DNA from: Candidatus Rokuibacteriota bacterium
GTDB lineage: Bacteria; Methylomirabilota; Methylomirabilia; Rokubacteriales; CSP1-6
Length of the DNA stretch: 64,000 bases
Assembly (NCBI GenBank): GCA_016188005.1
Contig: JACPIQ010000121.1
Coordinates: 11,866-75,865 of the forward strand
Reading direction: 5' to 3'
Shown: positions 1 to 8,256 of the stretch, piece by piece
How the letters are laid out: each line of letters begins with the position of its first letter
Numbering within the stretch: position 1 is the stretch's first letter
Notes under the pieces: model-generated
Databases searched by the model: none
Seen by the model: only the letters and a program-made list of their open reading frames with translations
What the model was told of the DNA's origin: nothing
Translations under genes and position numbers: made by a program

Positions 1-282
1 CGGTTCAATTCACTGTCAGGTAGCCCCAAGGAGCGGGTGACGCTGCCTTCGAGAGAAGGTGAGAAGCCGGGAGAGACGCGCAGGGGTTCCCCGCTGTTCC
101 TCACGCTAGACAAACTCGCCAACGGGCGGTTGGCGCTGATCTGGTGTCTTTTCCGCTCTCCGCTGGCACCCGACGGCCGGATCAGAGTGGGACCGACAGA
201 TTACCCCGCGCCGGACCTTTCGCGGTCAATCATCGACGAGATGCTTGGGCAGCCGTTCTGGGCGTCCCACCGCATTGCGTGA
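1..282 (+). CDS. 3' end of an upstream ORF entering from the window edge (no start codon in window); possibly the preceding cas gene (cmr1/cas6?), identity unknown
   Basis: Frame 1 is open from nt 1 to the TGA at 280-282, 15 nt upstream of cas10. The track ORF 37..282 is the GTG-initiated part of it. No recognisable motif. Confidence 0.2.
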   Translation, partial: RFNSLSGSPKERVTLPSREGEKPGETRRGSPLFLTLDKLANGRLALIWCLFRSPLAPDGRIRVGPTDYPAPDLSRSIIDEMLGQPFWASHRIA

Positions 283-296
283 GAAGGAAGGGCAAT

Positions 297-3083
297 ATGG
301 ACCGCGAGCTGGCAGAGAAGAAGATCGAAGCGCTGCTCCACGATCCTCCAGGCAAGGCGCCGACCCTTTGGTACCGGAGTCACGAGGCGTTCTCCGCGGG
401 GCTCATCGAGCTGGTGCTCGGGCGGCCGCCACGCCACGAGGAGGTTGTCCGGAAGGCGGACCGGCTGGCGTCCGCCGTGGATCGCGTGGTGCTTCGGGAC
501 CCGGTCTCGTACCGCGTGGATTTCCTCCGCGAGCCGGTGATCGCGCACACCTTGTCGGGGACGCCCTACCGCCTCGCCAGCCTGACGAACGAGCGACCGG
601 AACACTTCGAGGCCGAGCAGCGTGGGGTGCTGGAACGGCTGGTGCACGACGCGGGCGGCAAGGGCAGCGAGCCCGAGCGCTTCTACTGGTACGTGTGGCG
701 CGGCCTCGAGCCGGCCCTCCGCGCGCGGGGTGAGGTCGGAAAGCTGTGGAGCTATCTTCCCGCCGACACGCGGGTACCGGACCACGGGATCTGGGACCAC
801 ATGAGGGTGACAGCGGCATTCGCCGGGGCCCTGCCCGAACCGGCGCTCGTGCTTTTCTCCTTCGGGCCGGTGCAGCCGCTGATCGAGGCGGCGCGGCGGA
901 CGGGGGACCTGTGGGCGGGGAGCTTCCTGCTTTCCTGGCTCGCGTGGTCGGCGATGCGCGACCTGGTCACGGAACTTGGCGCCGACGCCGTGCTCTTCCC
1001 GGACCTCTTCGCCCAGCCGCTCGTCGATGGCTGGCTCCGCGAGCAGCGCGGATGGAACGGGATCCCTGGCCTCGCAGAGCGACGAGGCGGGAGCCCTGTG
1101 GCCTCGCTTCCCAATCGGTTCCTCGCGCTGGTGCCCAGCGCCTCCGCCGAGAGGCTGGCACGGGCGAGCGAGGCGGGGCTCCGCGCGGCTGCGGCGGAAT
1201 TTGTCCGCGGCGGTGCCGGAGGATTGGCGGGTTCGGACCAAGCGCGGGCTGATGAGTGGGGGGAACGGGCGGTCCAGCAGGCCGCACGGACATTCGCGTG
1301 TCACTGGTTCGTCCAGCCGTGGGTCACCGACCCCGCAGATCTCAGGCGGCTGTCGCTGAACAGCGGGGGCACCTCCATGGCGCTCTTCTGGGAGACGATG
1401 GATGCGCTGGCCCAAGCCCAGCTTTACCGCCCGAACCTCGGCAGCCACTTCGCCGCGCAGAGCGCTCTTGTTGAGGTGGGCCACGCGGCCACAAAAGCGA
1501 CGCGCCGATTCAGCCAAATCGATGAGCGAGGTAGTCGCTGCACGGTGTGCGGCGTCCAGGAGGCGCTCTGGACGCGCGATGCAGAGCGTCCGGCGGCCAG
1601 AGCCTCGGGCGTCCGGCGCGGCGAGCGGCTCTGCGGCCTCTGCGCGGCCCGGCGGCTCGCACCGAAGAGCGCGTGGGCTGAGCGTGAGGCTGGCCGGACC
1701 GTGATCTTTCCGTCGACACACAACCTGGCCGCGGGCCGCTTCTTCCGTGAGGTGCTGGACTGCCTCCGCGGTGAGGGCCGCGACGGGGGCAAAGCGCCCG
1801 AGCAGTCCATCGTGGACGCCGTCCGGTTGGTCGTCGATGCTGCCGGAGAGGGCGATCGGCAGGCCTACGCGACCCCGGCGCTGATGCGAGCCGCCAGGCA
1901 ATGTGGCCGCCACGCCGATCTGGCCGAGGCTTTCGTCAAGCTTCCGGCCGAGCTGCTGGACCCGGCGACGCTCGATCCTCAGCAGGTGCGCGACGGTGCC
2001 CCGGAAGAGCTCGGATTCAACCCTGCGGCCGCGGCCCGCCTCCGGCAGGCGTTGACCGCCCTGCGAGAGGCGCGTCGAGCGGCCGGGATCCAGGCGCCAC
2101 GCAAGTACTACGGGGTTCTCGTCATGGACGGCGACCGGATGGGCCAGTGGCTGGCCGGGGAGCGGGCGCCGGAGATCCGCGAGGTGCTGCACCCGGGAGC
2201 GCGACCGCTGGAGGCGGCCGTGCTGCTGAGCCGCCGGCGACCGCTGTCGATGGCCCATCAGATCGCGGTGAGCCGTGCGCTGAACCAGTTCTCGCTCGAC
2301 ATCGTGGGGCCCGTGATCGAGCAGGTGCACGGCGGGGTGGTCGTCTATGCGGGCGGCGACGATGCCCTGGCGATGCTACCTCTGGATTCGGTCCTTCCGT
2401 GCCTCCGGGACTTGCGGCGCCTGTACTCGGGGCTGCCGCTGGCGGGCGACAGCCTTGCTCGGGGAGACGGATGGGAGAGCGAGCGCGGCCATGTCCGGCG
2501 GGGAGATCGTCTGTGGCGCGTGATGGGGGAGCGGGCGACGTCCTCGACCGGAGTGGCGATCGCGCACGAGAAGTGGCCCTTGCGGCACGCGCTCCAGACC
2601 GCGCGCGAGATGGAGCGGCTCGCCAAGGACGGGCTCGGCCGGAACGCGGTGGCCATCGCCGTGCTGCGACGCTCGGGAGGGCACGAGCGCTTCGCCGCCC
2701 GTTGGGGCGAGGAGGACATGGTCAGGGACCCGGACCCGCTCGCCGTGCTGGAGGAAGTCGCGACTGTGATCGGGCGTGGCCTCGTGAGCCGGCGCTTCGC
2801 TTACGCGCTGCGCGAGGAGGCGCGCGTGCTGTGGAGTCTCGGGGAGGCGCTTGCCGAGAGGGCCTTCTGGCTCCTGCAGCGGCATCGCCGAAGGGATGCC
2901 GACGGCCTGGAGGACGGCAGGATGAAGAAGGCCGCTCTCGGCCTCCAGGACCTCGCTACATGGCTCACCGCTACGCCGCAGCGGGCTCCGTTCGAAGAGG
3001 CCGGACCGCCGGGACTTGACCGCTTCGTTGCGGGCGTCGGGCTGGCCGAGTTCATCGCGCGAGGCGGGGAGGCCGGGGAATGA
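297..3083 (+). CDS. cas10: Cas10/Cmr2 large subunit of type III-B effector (HD nuclease motif + two palm/cyclase domains)
   Basis: RBS GAAGGAAGG precedes ATG 297. N-terminal LLHDPPGK matches the Cas10 HD motif. Treble-clef Zn finger CTVCG...CGLC. First palm FSFGPVQPLIEAARRTGDLWAGSFLLSWL. Second palm carries GGDD (VVVYAGGDDALAML). Length 929 aa. Confidence 0.9.
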   Translation: MDRELAEKKIEALLHDPPGKAPTLWYRSHEAFSAGLIELVLGRPPRHEEVVRKADRLASAVDRVVLRDPVSYRVDFLREPVIAHTLSGTPYRLASLTNERPEHFEAEQRGVLERLVHDAGGKGSEPERFYWYVWRGLEPALRARGEVGKLWSYLPADTRVPDHGIWDHMRVTAAFAGALPEPALVLFSFGPVQPLIEAARRTGDLWAGSFLLSWLAWSAMRDLVTELGADAVLFPDLFAQPLVDGWLREQRGWNGIPGLAERRGGSPVASLPNRFLALVPSASAERLARASEAGLRAAAAEFVRGGAGGLAGSDQARADEWGERAVQQAARTFACHWFVQPWVTDPADLRRLSLNSGGTSMALFWETMDALAQAQLYRPNLGSHFAAQSALVEVGHAATKATRRFSQIDERGSRCTVCGVQEALWTRDAERPAARASGVRRGERLCGLCAARRLAPKSAWAEREAGRTVIFPSTHNLAAGRFFREVLDCLRGEGRDGGKAPEQSIVDAVRLVVDAAGEGDRQAYATPALMRAARQCGRHADLAEAFVKLPAELLDPATLDPQQVRDGAPEELGFNPAAAARLRQALTALREARRAAGIQAPRKYYGVLVMDGDRMGQWLAGERAPEIREVLHPGARPLEAAVLLSRRRPLSMAHQIAVSRALNQFSLDIVGPVIEQVHGGVVVYAGGDDALAMLPLDSVLPCLRDLRRLYSGLPLAGDSLARGDGWESERGHVRRGDRLWRVMGERATSSTGVAIAHEKWPLRHALQTAREMERLAKDGLGRNAVAIAVLRRSGGHERFAARWGEEDMVRDPDPLAVLEEVATVIGRGLVSRRFAYALREEARVLWSLGEALAERAFWLLQRHRRRDADGLEDGRMKKAALGLQDLATWLTATPQRAPFEEAGPPGLDRFVAGVGLAEFIARGGEAGE

Positions 3084-4240
3084 CAACAACGTTCATCGAG
3101 CCCTGCGACATCGTGTTCTTCAGGGACGACCTGCCCTTTGGCGACCAGGGCAGCCAGGTTGCGCGTTGCCAGTTTCCACCGCGACCGTCCGTCATTGCTG
3201 GCGCCCTCCGCACCCGGATGCTGGTGGACCAGCAGGTGGATTTCGACGCCTTCGCCGCCGGCGCGGTGTCGGAGTTGGTTGCGCGCGAGTTCGGTCGTGC
3301 ACGGCGGGAAGGCGATGGGTCAACCCTCGACGGCGGGGCGTTCAGGCTGGTTGGCCTCTGGCTCGGGCAGATCGGTGGGGATCACCCTGGCGCGTGCTTC
3401 CGTGCCGGCCGAGACCTGGTCGCCGGCGGCAAGCAGGCGGTGGAGGGTACGCCAGCGCTGCTCGCGCCGTCGGCCCGAGGGGCGGGCGGAGGCGTGTCGT
3501 CGCTGCCGGCACTCGAACCGGTCGGTGTGCGGCTGGGCTCGACGCCGATCGATGGCTGGCTCCGCGGCCCCGACTACGCGCGGTACCTCGCCGGGACCGC
3601 GCCGCCCTCGCCAGAGCAGGTCGTCCGCTGGCGAGACGTGCTGGACTGGGACTACCGCGTGGGCATCGGCCTGGATGAGGGCGCGCGGACCGTCGACGAG
3701 GGGCGCCTGTTCAGCAGCCGCGGCGCCGTCCTGCGCCCGGGCTGGGGATTCGTCGCTCAGGTCGACGGGTGCTCCGCGGTGCCCACGTCAGGGCTGATGA
3801 GACTCGGCGGGGACGGCCGCATGGCGCGGCTCGCGCCCTGGCCTGTCGCGGAGCCCGACTGGTCGGGCGCCCGCGGCGCGGTCGTCGGCGAGAGGAGGTT
3901 CCGCTGGGTGCTGCAGACGCCCGCGATCTTCACGGGTGGCTGGCTGCCGGCACCCGTCCGTGAGGAGGCAGGCCGGCTCGTTTGGGAGCGCGACGGGTTC
4001 CGGGCGCGTCTCGTGAGCGCGTCCATCGGCGCGCCGGAACTCGCGGGCGGCTGGGACTTGGTGCGGCGAGGGCCAAAGCCCTTCCGCCTCATGGTCCTGG
4101 CGGGCAGCGTCTACTGGTTCGAGATCGAGCAGGGGAGCGGGGAGGACGCCTGGCGGCTGTTCCACGGCCAGAGCGTCTCAGACGAGCGCGCTAACGAGGG
4201 GTTCGGGATCATTCACGTGGGAGGGTGGGCGCATGTATGA
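3080..4240 (+). CDS. cmr3: Cmr3 (type III-B RAMP subunit)
   Basis: ATGA overlap with the cas10 stop. N-terminus IEPCDIVFFRDDLPFG...FPPRPSVIAGALR is the typical Cmr3 start. Confidence 0.8.
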   Translation: MTTTFIEPCDIVFFRDDLPFGDQGSQVARCQFPPRPSVIAGALRTRMLVDQQVDFDAFAAGAVSELVAREFGRARREGDGSTLDGGAFRLVGLWLGQIGGDHPGACFRAGRDLVAGGKQAVEGTPALLAPSARGAGGGVSSLPALEPVGVRLGSTPIDGWLRGPDYARYLAGTAPPSPEQVVRWRDVLDWDYRVGIGLDEGARTVDEGRLFSSRGAVLRPGWGFVAQVDGCSAVPTSGLMRLGGDGRMARLAPWPVAEPDWSGARGAVVGERRFRWVLQTPAIFTGGWLPAPVREEAGRLVWERDGFRARLVSASIGAPELAGGWDLVRRGPKPFRLMVLAGSVYWFEIEQGSGEDAWRLFHGQSVSDERANEGFGIIHVGGWAHV

Positions 4241-5180
4241 GAGAGCGATGCTGATGTTCCTGTACGCGAACTCGCCGGTTCATTTCGGCGCCGGGGTGAG
4301 CCTCGGCGCGGTGGACCTCCCGGTGCAGCGCGAGCGGCACACGGGCTATCCCATGGCGCAGGGCTCGGGGCTCAAGGGCGCCATCCGTCACCATGTCGCC
4401 GGTCGGGCCACGGGCGACGAAAGGGAGGCCAGCCAGTGGGTGTTCGGGCCAGACGGCGAGGACCGCCAGGCGAGCGCACACGCCGGGGCGGTGGCCTTCG
4501 GCGACGGCCGTCTCCTGCTTTTCCCCGTGAGGAGTCTGGTCGGGACCTTTGCCTACTGCACGAGCGTGGTAGCGCTCGGTCGCCTTCGCCGCGACGCGGA
4601 GCTGCTCGGTGCAGGTATCGACTGGGCCGTGCCGTCAACGCCCCCCGATGGCACGGCCTGGGTGACAGGTCAGGACGCGCTGGCCTCGGGCAAGGTCGTG
4701 CTCGAGGACTTCGATCTCAAGGGTGAGGTGAGCGAGGACCTCCGGAAGGTGGCGGCCTGGATCGGAGCGTGCGCGCTGCCGGTGGCTCCGGCCTTCGAGC
4801 ACTTCCGGAAGCGGATCGAGACGCACCTGGTCGTGCTCAACGACGACCTCTTTGCGCATCTCACTCGCCTGGCCACCGTCGTCGAGCCCCACGTCAAGAT
4901 CGACGACGACACCGGCACGGCATCAGGGAGTGCGTTCTTCTATGCGGAGCACCTGCCGCCGGATTCTCTGATGTGGAGCCTGGTGGGTGTCGGGCGGCCG
5001 CACGTCCGAAGGAACGGCGATGACGGTGCCGACCTGGCACGGCTCGGTATCGCCGACGCCGGCGGGGTGGGCCGCTGGCTCAGGGAGCGGCTGGACGGGA
5101 AGCCCCTGCAGGTTGGCGCCGAGGCGACCACGGGCCGCGGGCTCGTCCACGTCCGGCTCGTCACGGAGGGGCAGCCATGA
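4233..5180 (+). CDS. cmr4: Cmr4 (Cas7-family backbone RAMP, target-RNA cleaving subunit)
   Basis: LYANSPVHFGAGVSLGAVDLPVQRE (catalytic Asp present) and GSGLKGAIRH G-rich loop. Overlaps cmr3 by 8 nt. Confidence 0.85.
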   Translation: MYERAMLMFLYANSPVHFGAGVSLGAVDLPVQRERHTGYPMAQGSGLKGAIRHHVAGRATGDEREASQWVFGPDGEDRQASAHAGAVAFGDGRLLLFPVRSLVGTFAYCTSVVALGRLRRDAELLGAGIDWAVPSTPPDGTAWVTGQDALASGKVVLEDFDLKGEVSEDLRKVAAWIGACALPVAPAFEHFRKRIETHLVVLNDDLFAHLTRLATVVEPHVKIDDDTGTASGSAFFYAEHLPPDSLMWSLVGVGRPHVRRNGDDGADLARLGIADAGGVGRWLRERLDGKPLQVGAEATTGRGLVHVRLVTEGQP

Positions 5181-5542
5181 AGAGCCGGGAACTCGAGCGC
5201 GCGCAGCACATCCAGAGCTGCCTCGACGGGCTCAGCGGCGGCGATCTTCTGACGAAGTACACCGACCGGCTGAAGGGCGCGCCCGCCGAACTGATGGACA
5301 ACGGCCTGCTGCAGACGCTCGCGTTCTTCCACTCGAAGAAGGAGGTCGAGTACGGAAGGATTGCTGGTGACATCGAGGGCTGGCTGGCGAAGTGCGGCCT
5401 CCTCGCTGCGCAGGATTCTCCCAGGGCGCTCGCGGCGCTCGACGCCGCCCCCTACCGACGCTGCAGCGAGGAGGCGATCGCGTGGCTCAACCTGGCCAAG
5501 CGCCTCGCGGCGGCTCGCGTGACCATGCGAGGCCCGTCGTGA
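5177..5542 (+). CDS. cmr5: Cmr5 small helical subunit
   Basis: 121-aa alpha-helical protein (RAQHIQSCLDGL...DNGLLQTLAFFHSK) in the canonical position. ATGA overlap with cmr4. Confidence 0.75.
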   Translation: MKSRELERAQHIQSCLDGLSGGDLLTKYTDRLKGAPAELMDNGLLQTLAFFHSKKEVEYGRIAGDIEGWLAKCGLLAAQDSPRALAALDAAPYRRCSEEAIAWLNLAKRLAAARVTMRGPS

Positions 5543-6858
5543 GCCCGCCCTCGCCGGGCCGGGGCCGGCCGGGGCCACCCGGCGGTCAGGGGCGAGGCCC
5601 CGGCCGGGGTGGGGCGCCCCCGCCTGCCGGTGGCGAGCCCGCACTGCGCCGGGCGCTGCGGGATGGCGTCGAGAATCTGATGAAGGTCCCGCAGATCCGT
5701 CGCCAGATCTCACCCGGCTTCTACTTCCAGCGATGCCTCCAGATCTGGCAGCCCGACCTGCGCCAGATCGACAAGCAGCAGAAGGCGTCTGCCATGGCGC
5801 CGCTGGAAGGACGCAACGGGCAGGCCATCACAGGCGACGCGGCCCTGCATGCGGCGCTCCTCGCCCGCCAGGCGGCTGCCTTCGCGGGACTCCGCGATCG
5901 ATTCCCCGGGATCGGGTGGCGGCTCCAGAGCCTGACGCCGTTCGTCACCGGGATTGGACAGCCGCATCCGCTCGAGAACGGGTTCGCGTTTCTCAAGCCG
6001 TACGGGCTGCCGTATCTCGCCGCATCCGGGGTGAAGGGGGCGGTCAGAGCAGCTTGCCTGAGCGTCTGGCGCGAACGGCACGGCAGCGACGCGGAAGCCG
6101 TCCGGCGGCTGTCAAAGCATTACTTCGGCAGCGAGGACAAGGAGATCGAACGCGGACGGGCGGTGGAGCACACCCGCGGGGCGCTCGTGTTCTTCGACCT
6201 GCTGCCAGAGCCGCCTGCGGCCGGGAAGAAGCCGCTCTTCCGGCTGGACGTGGTTAACCCCCATTACGCCAACTACTACGGCGGGCAGAAGGGGGACGTG
6301 CCGGCGGACTGGTACTCGCCGGTGCCCACCTACTTCCTGACCCTGCGAGACGATCTCGCCTGGACCCTTCGCGTGATCTACGCTCCGGTGCGGCCGCAGG
6401 ACGCGCGCCCCGACTGGCTCGGCGAGGTGGGGCCCGGGATCGAGCGTGCGCTCACCGAGGGCGGGCTCGGAGCGAAGAAGACGTGGGGGTACGGGCTCTT
6501 CGCGCTTCGGCGCGAGGAGGAGATTCAGGGCGAGGCTGTCGGCGCCGGGCCCGACCGCGCGGCCGCGTTGCAGAGCAGACCCCCAGCGACGCCGCCGGTG
6601 GCCACACCGGCGCAGGAGAAGACCACCAGCGCCCGTGCCGCAGAGGACGTCATCCGCACGCTCAGGGCGAACGACGTCAGGTCACGGCTGTCAGCGATCG
6701 AGCAGTACGTCCGGGGGGCTTCGCCGGAGGAGCGGCCTGTTCTCCTCGACCTCCTGGATCGCCGGCTCCATGAGCTGGGGCTGAAGAACAGGGAGGTCGC
6801 GGAGATGCTCCAGCGAGTGCGCACGCGCATCAATCCGCCGGCGGACAGCAATGCCTGA
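5539..6858 (+). CDS. cmr6: Cmr6 (Cas7-family RAMP) with Gly/Pro-rich N-terminal extension (alternative start ATG 5680)
   Basis: GLPYLAASGVKGAVRAA G-loop and C-terminal TWGYGLF. GTGA overlap with the cmr5 stop. The track start 5392 would overlap cmr5 by 150 nt and is rejected. Confidence 0.8.
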   Translation: MSPPSPGRGRPGPPGGQGRGPGRGGAPPPAGGEPALRRALRDGVENLMKVPQIRRQISPGFYFQRCLQIWQPDLRQIDKQQKASAMAPLEGRNGQAITGDAALHAALLARQAAAFAGLRDRFPGIGWRLQSLTPFVTGIGQPHPLENGFAFLKPYGLPYLAASGVKGAVRAACLSVWRERHGSDAEAVRRLSKHYFGSEDKEIERGRAVEHTRGALVFFDLLPEPPAAGKKPLFRLDVVNPHYANYYGGQKGDVPADWYSPVPTYFLTLRDDLAWTLRVIYAPVRPQDARPDWLGEVGPGIERALTEGGLGAKKTWGYGLFALRREEEIQGEAVGAGPDRAAALQSRPPATPPVATPAQEKTTSARAAEDVIRTLRANDVRSRLSAIEQYVRGASPEERPVLLDLLDRRLHELGLKNREVAEMLQRVRTRINPPADSNA

Positions 6859-8137
6859 CCCGGAGCAGGCCACGACCGGGGCCGGGGCGGCACGGGCGCT
6901 GGTCGTCCCCGTCGGCGGCACACCGGGGGCGCCGCTGCGGGCCATCCAGGAGGTCGCGCCGCGGTGGGTCGCCTTCGTCGCGAGCCGTGACACCGTCACG
7001 AACATCGGCGAGATCGAGCGGCTGCTCGGGCGCCAGCTGTCCTGGAAGCGGGTGATCACGACGCCGGACCCCCAGGACCTGAACGCGACGTACCGGCAGA
7101 TCGCGATGGAACTGCCGCGTGTCCTCGCGGAGTGGGGCGTCTCGTGGCCGCAGGTGACGGTGGACCTCACCGGGGGAACGAAGGTGATGACGGCGGCGCT
7201 GATGCTGGCCACGATCCACCGCGCGCAGCGCTACCTCTACGTCGGCGGGGAGGAGCGGGACCGCGGCGGCACGGGCGTTGTGGTCGCGGGCCGGGAACGA
7301 CCGGTCCAGGCCATCAACCCGTGGGAGCAGTTGGCCACCGACAGTCTCAGGCAGTTCGCGTGGGCCTTCAACCGCCTCCAGTTCGCCGGTGCGATCGCGA
7401 CTGCTCGGCAGGCCGCCGAGCGGGCGGGGATCGAGCGCCGGGCGTACCTGCGGGCTCTGGCCACGCTGGCCGAAGGCTTCGCCGCCTGGGACCGCTTCGA
7501 CTACAAGCGCGCCCAGGGCCTGGTCGGGAGATGCGTCGCCGCCCTGGCCCAGGAGTGGGCGCACGCCGAGACCCACCGCCCGCTGATCGCCCAGCTCGAG
7601 CGGTGCAAGCGGGCGATCGATGACCTGCTTGCGACGGCTCGCCAGGAGGCCCCGTCTCGACTGCTGCTCCAGGATCTGCTGGCCAACGCCATCAGGCGCG
7701 GCGAGGTCGAGCAGCGCTATGACGATGCCGTGGCGCGCCTCTACCGCTTCGTGGAGGGCCTGGCGCAGCAGGCTCTCTGGGACGACTGCCACGTCTCCAC
7801 TGGGGCCGTTCCCATGGAGGCGCTCCCCGAGATCGGAGAGTTCGGAGATCTCCGGCGACAGGCTGCGGCGGCCGGCAGGCGCACCGTGGCGATCCCGCTA
7901 CAGCGCGCCTACGAGCTGCTGCAGGCGAATGGGCATGCCCTCGGCGCGGCGTTGTCCCGCGTCCAGCGAGACGGCCGGCTCGGCAAGTGCCTGGTCGCGA
8001 GGAACCGAAGCCTCCTGGCGCACGGCACGGAGCCGGTCGGCAAGGAGACGTTTGAGCGATTGCGCGACGAGTGCCTGGAACTGGGCGGCTGGAGCCGCGG
8101 GGGCCTGATCACGTTTCCAGCGCTGCCCGAGGACTGA
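6851..8137 (+). CDS. csx1: Csx1/Csm6-family CARF-HEPN cyclic-oligoadenylate-activated ribonuclease
   Basis: N-terminal CARF domain (LVVPVGGTPGAPL, DLTGGTKVMTAAL). C-terminal HEPN motif R-x4-6-H (LVARNRSLLAHG). ATG overlaps the cmr6 stop. Confidence 0.8.
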   Translation: MPDPEQATTGAGAARALVVPVGGTPGAPLRAIQEVAPRWVAFVASRDTVTNIGEIERLLGRQLSWKRVITTPDPQDLNATYRQIAMELPRVLAEWGVSWPQVTVDLTGGTKVMTAALMLATIHRAQRYLYVGGEERDRGGTGVVVAGRERPVQAINPWEQLATDSLRQFAWAFNRLQFAGAIATARQAAERAGIERRAYLRALATLAEGFAAWDRFDYKRAQGLVGRCVAALAQEWAHAETHRPLIAQLERCKRAIDDLLATARQEAPSRLLLQDLLANAIRRGEVEQRYDDAVARLYRFVEGLAQQALWDDCHVSTGAVPMEALPEIGEFGDLRRQAAAAGRRTVAIPLQRAYELLQANGHALGAALSRVQRDGRLGKCLVARNRSLLAHGTEPVGKETFERLRDECLELGGWSRGGLITFPALPED

Positions 8138-8256
8138 CCCTCCGGCGGGGCGAGTGATGACGCGCGCGCTAATCGACCGGCGTGGGGTGGAGGCCCAGCG
8201 GCTGGAGCCGTGCGGCGAGGGTGATCTCGTGGCCGCCGGGGCGGAGACGGGGACCG

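Noticed and set aside
201-2330. 709-aa minus-strand ORF antisense to cas10, and similar long antisense ORFs at 12531..14999, 20751..23015, 39922..42720, 44161..47268 and 50546..52618
   Set aside because: High-GC genomes produce long stop-free antisense frames. Each overlaps a sense gene with clear family motifs and has low-complexity R/P/G-rich translations.
5392-5538. Track start 5392 for cmr6
   Set aside because: It would overlap cmr5 by 150 nt in another frame. GTG 5539, coupled to the cmr5 stop, or ATG 5680 are more plausible.
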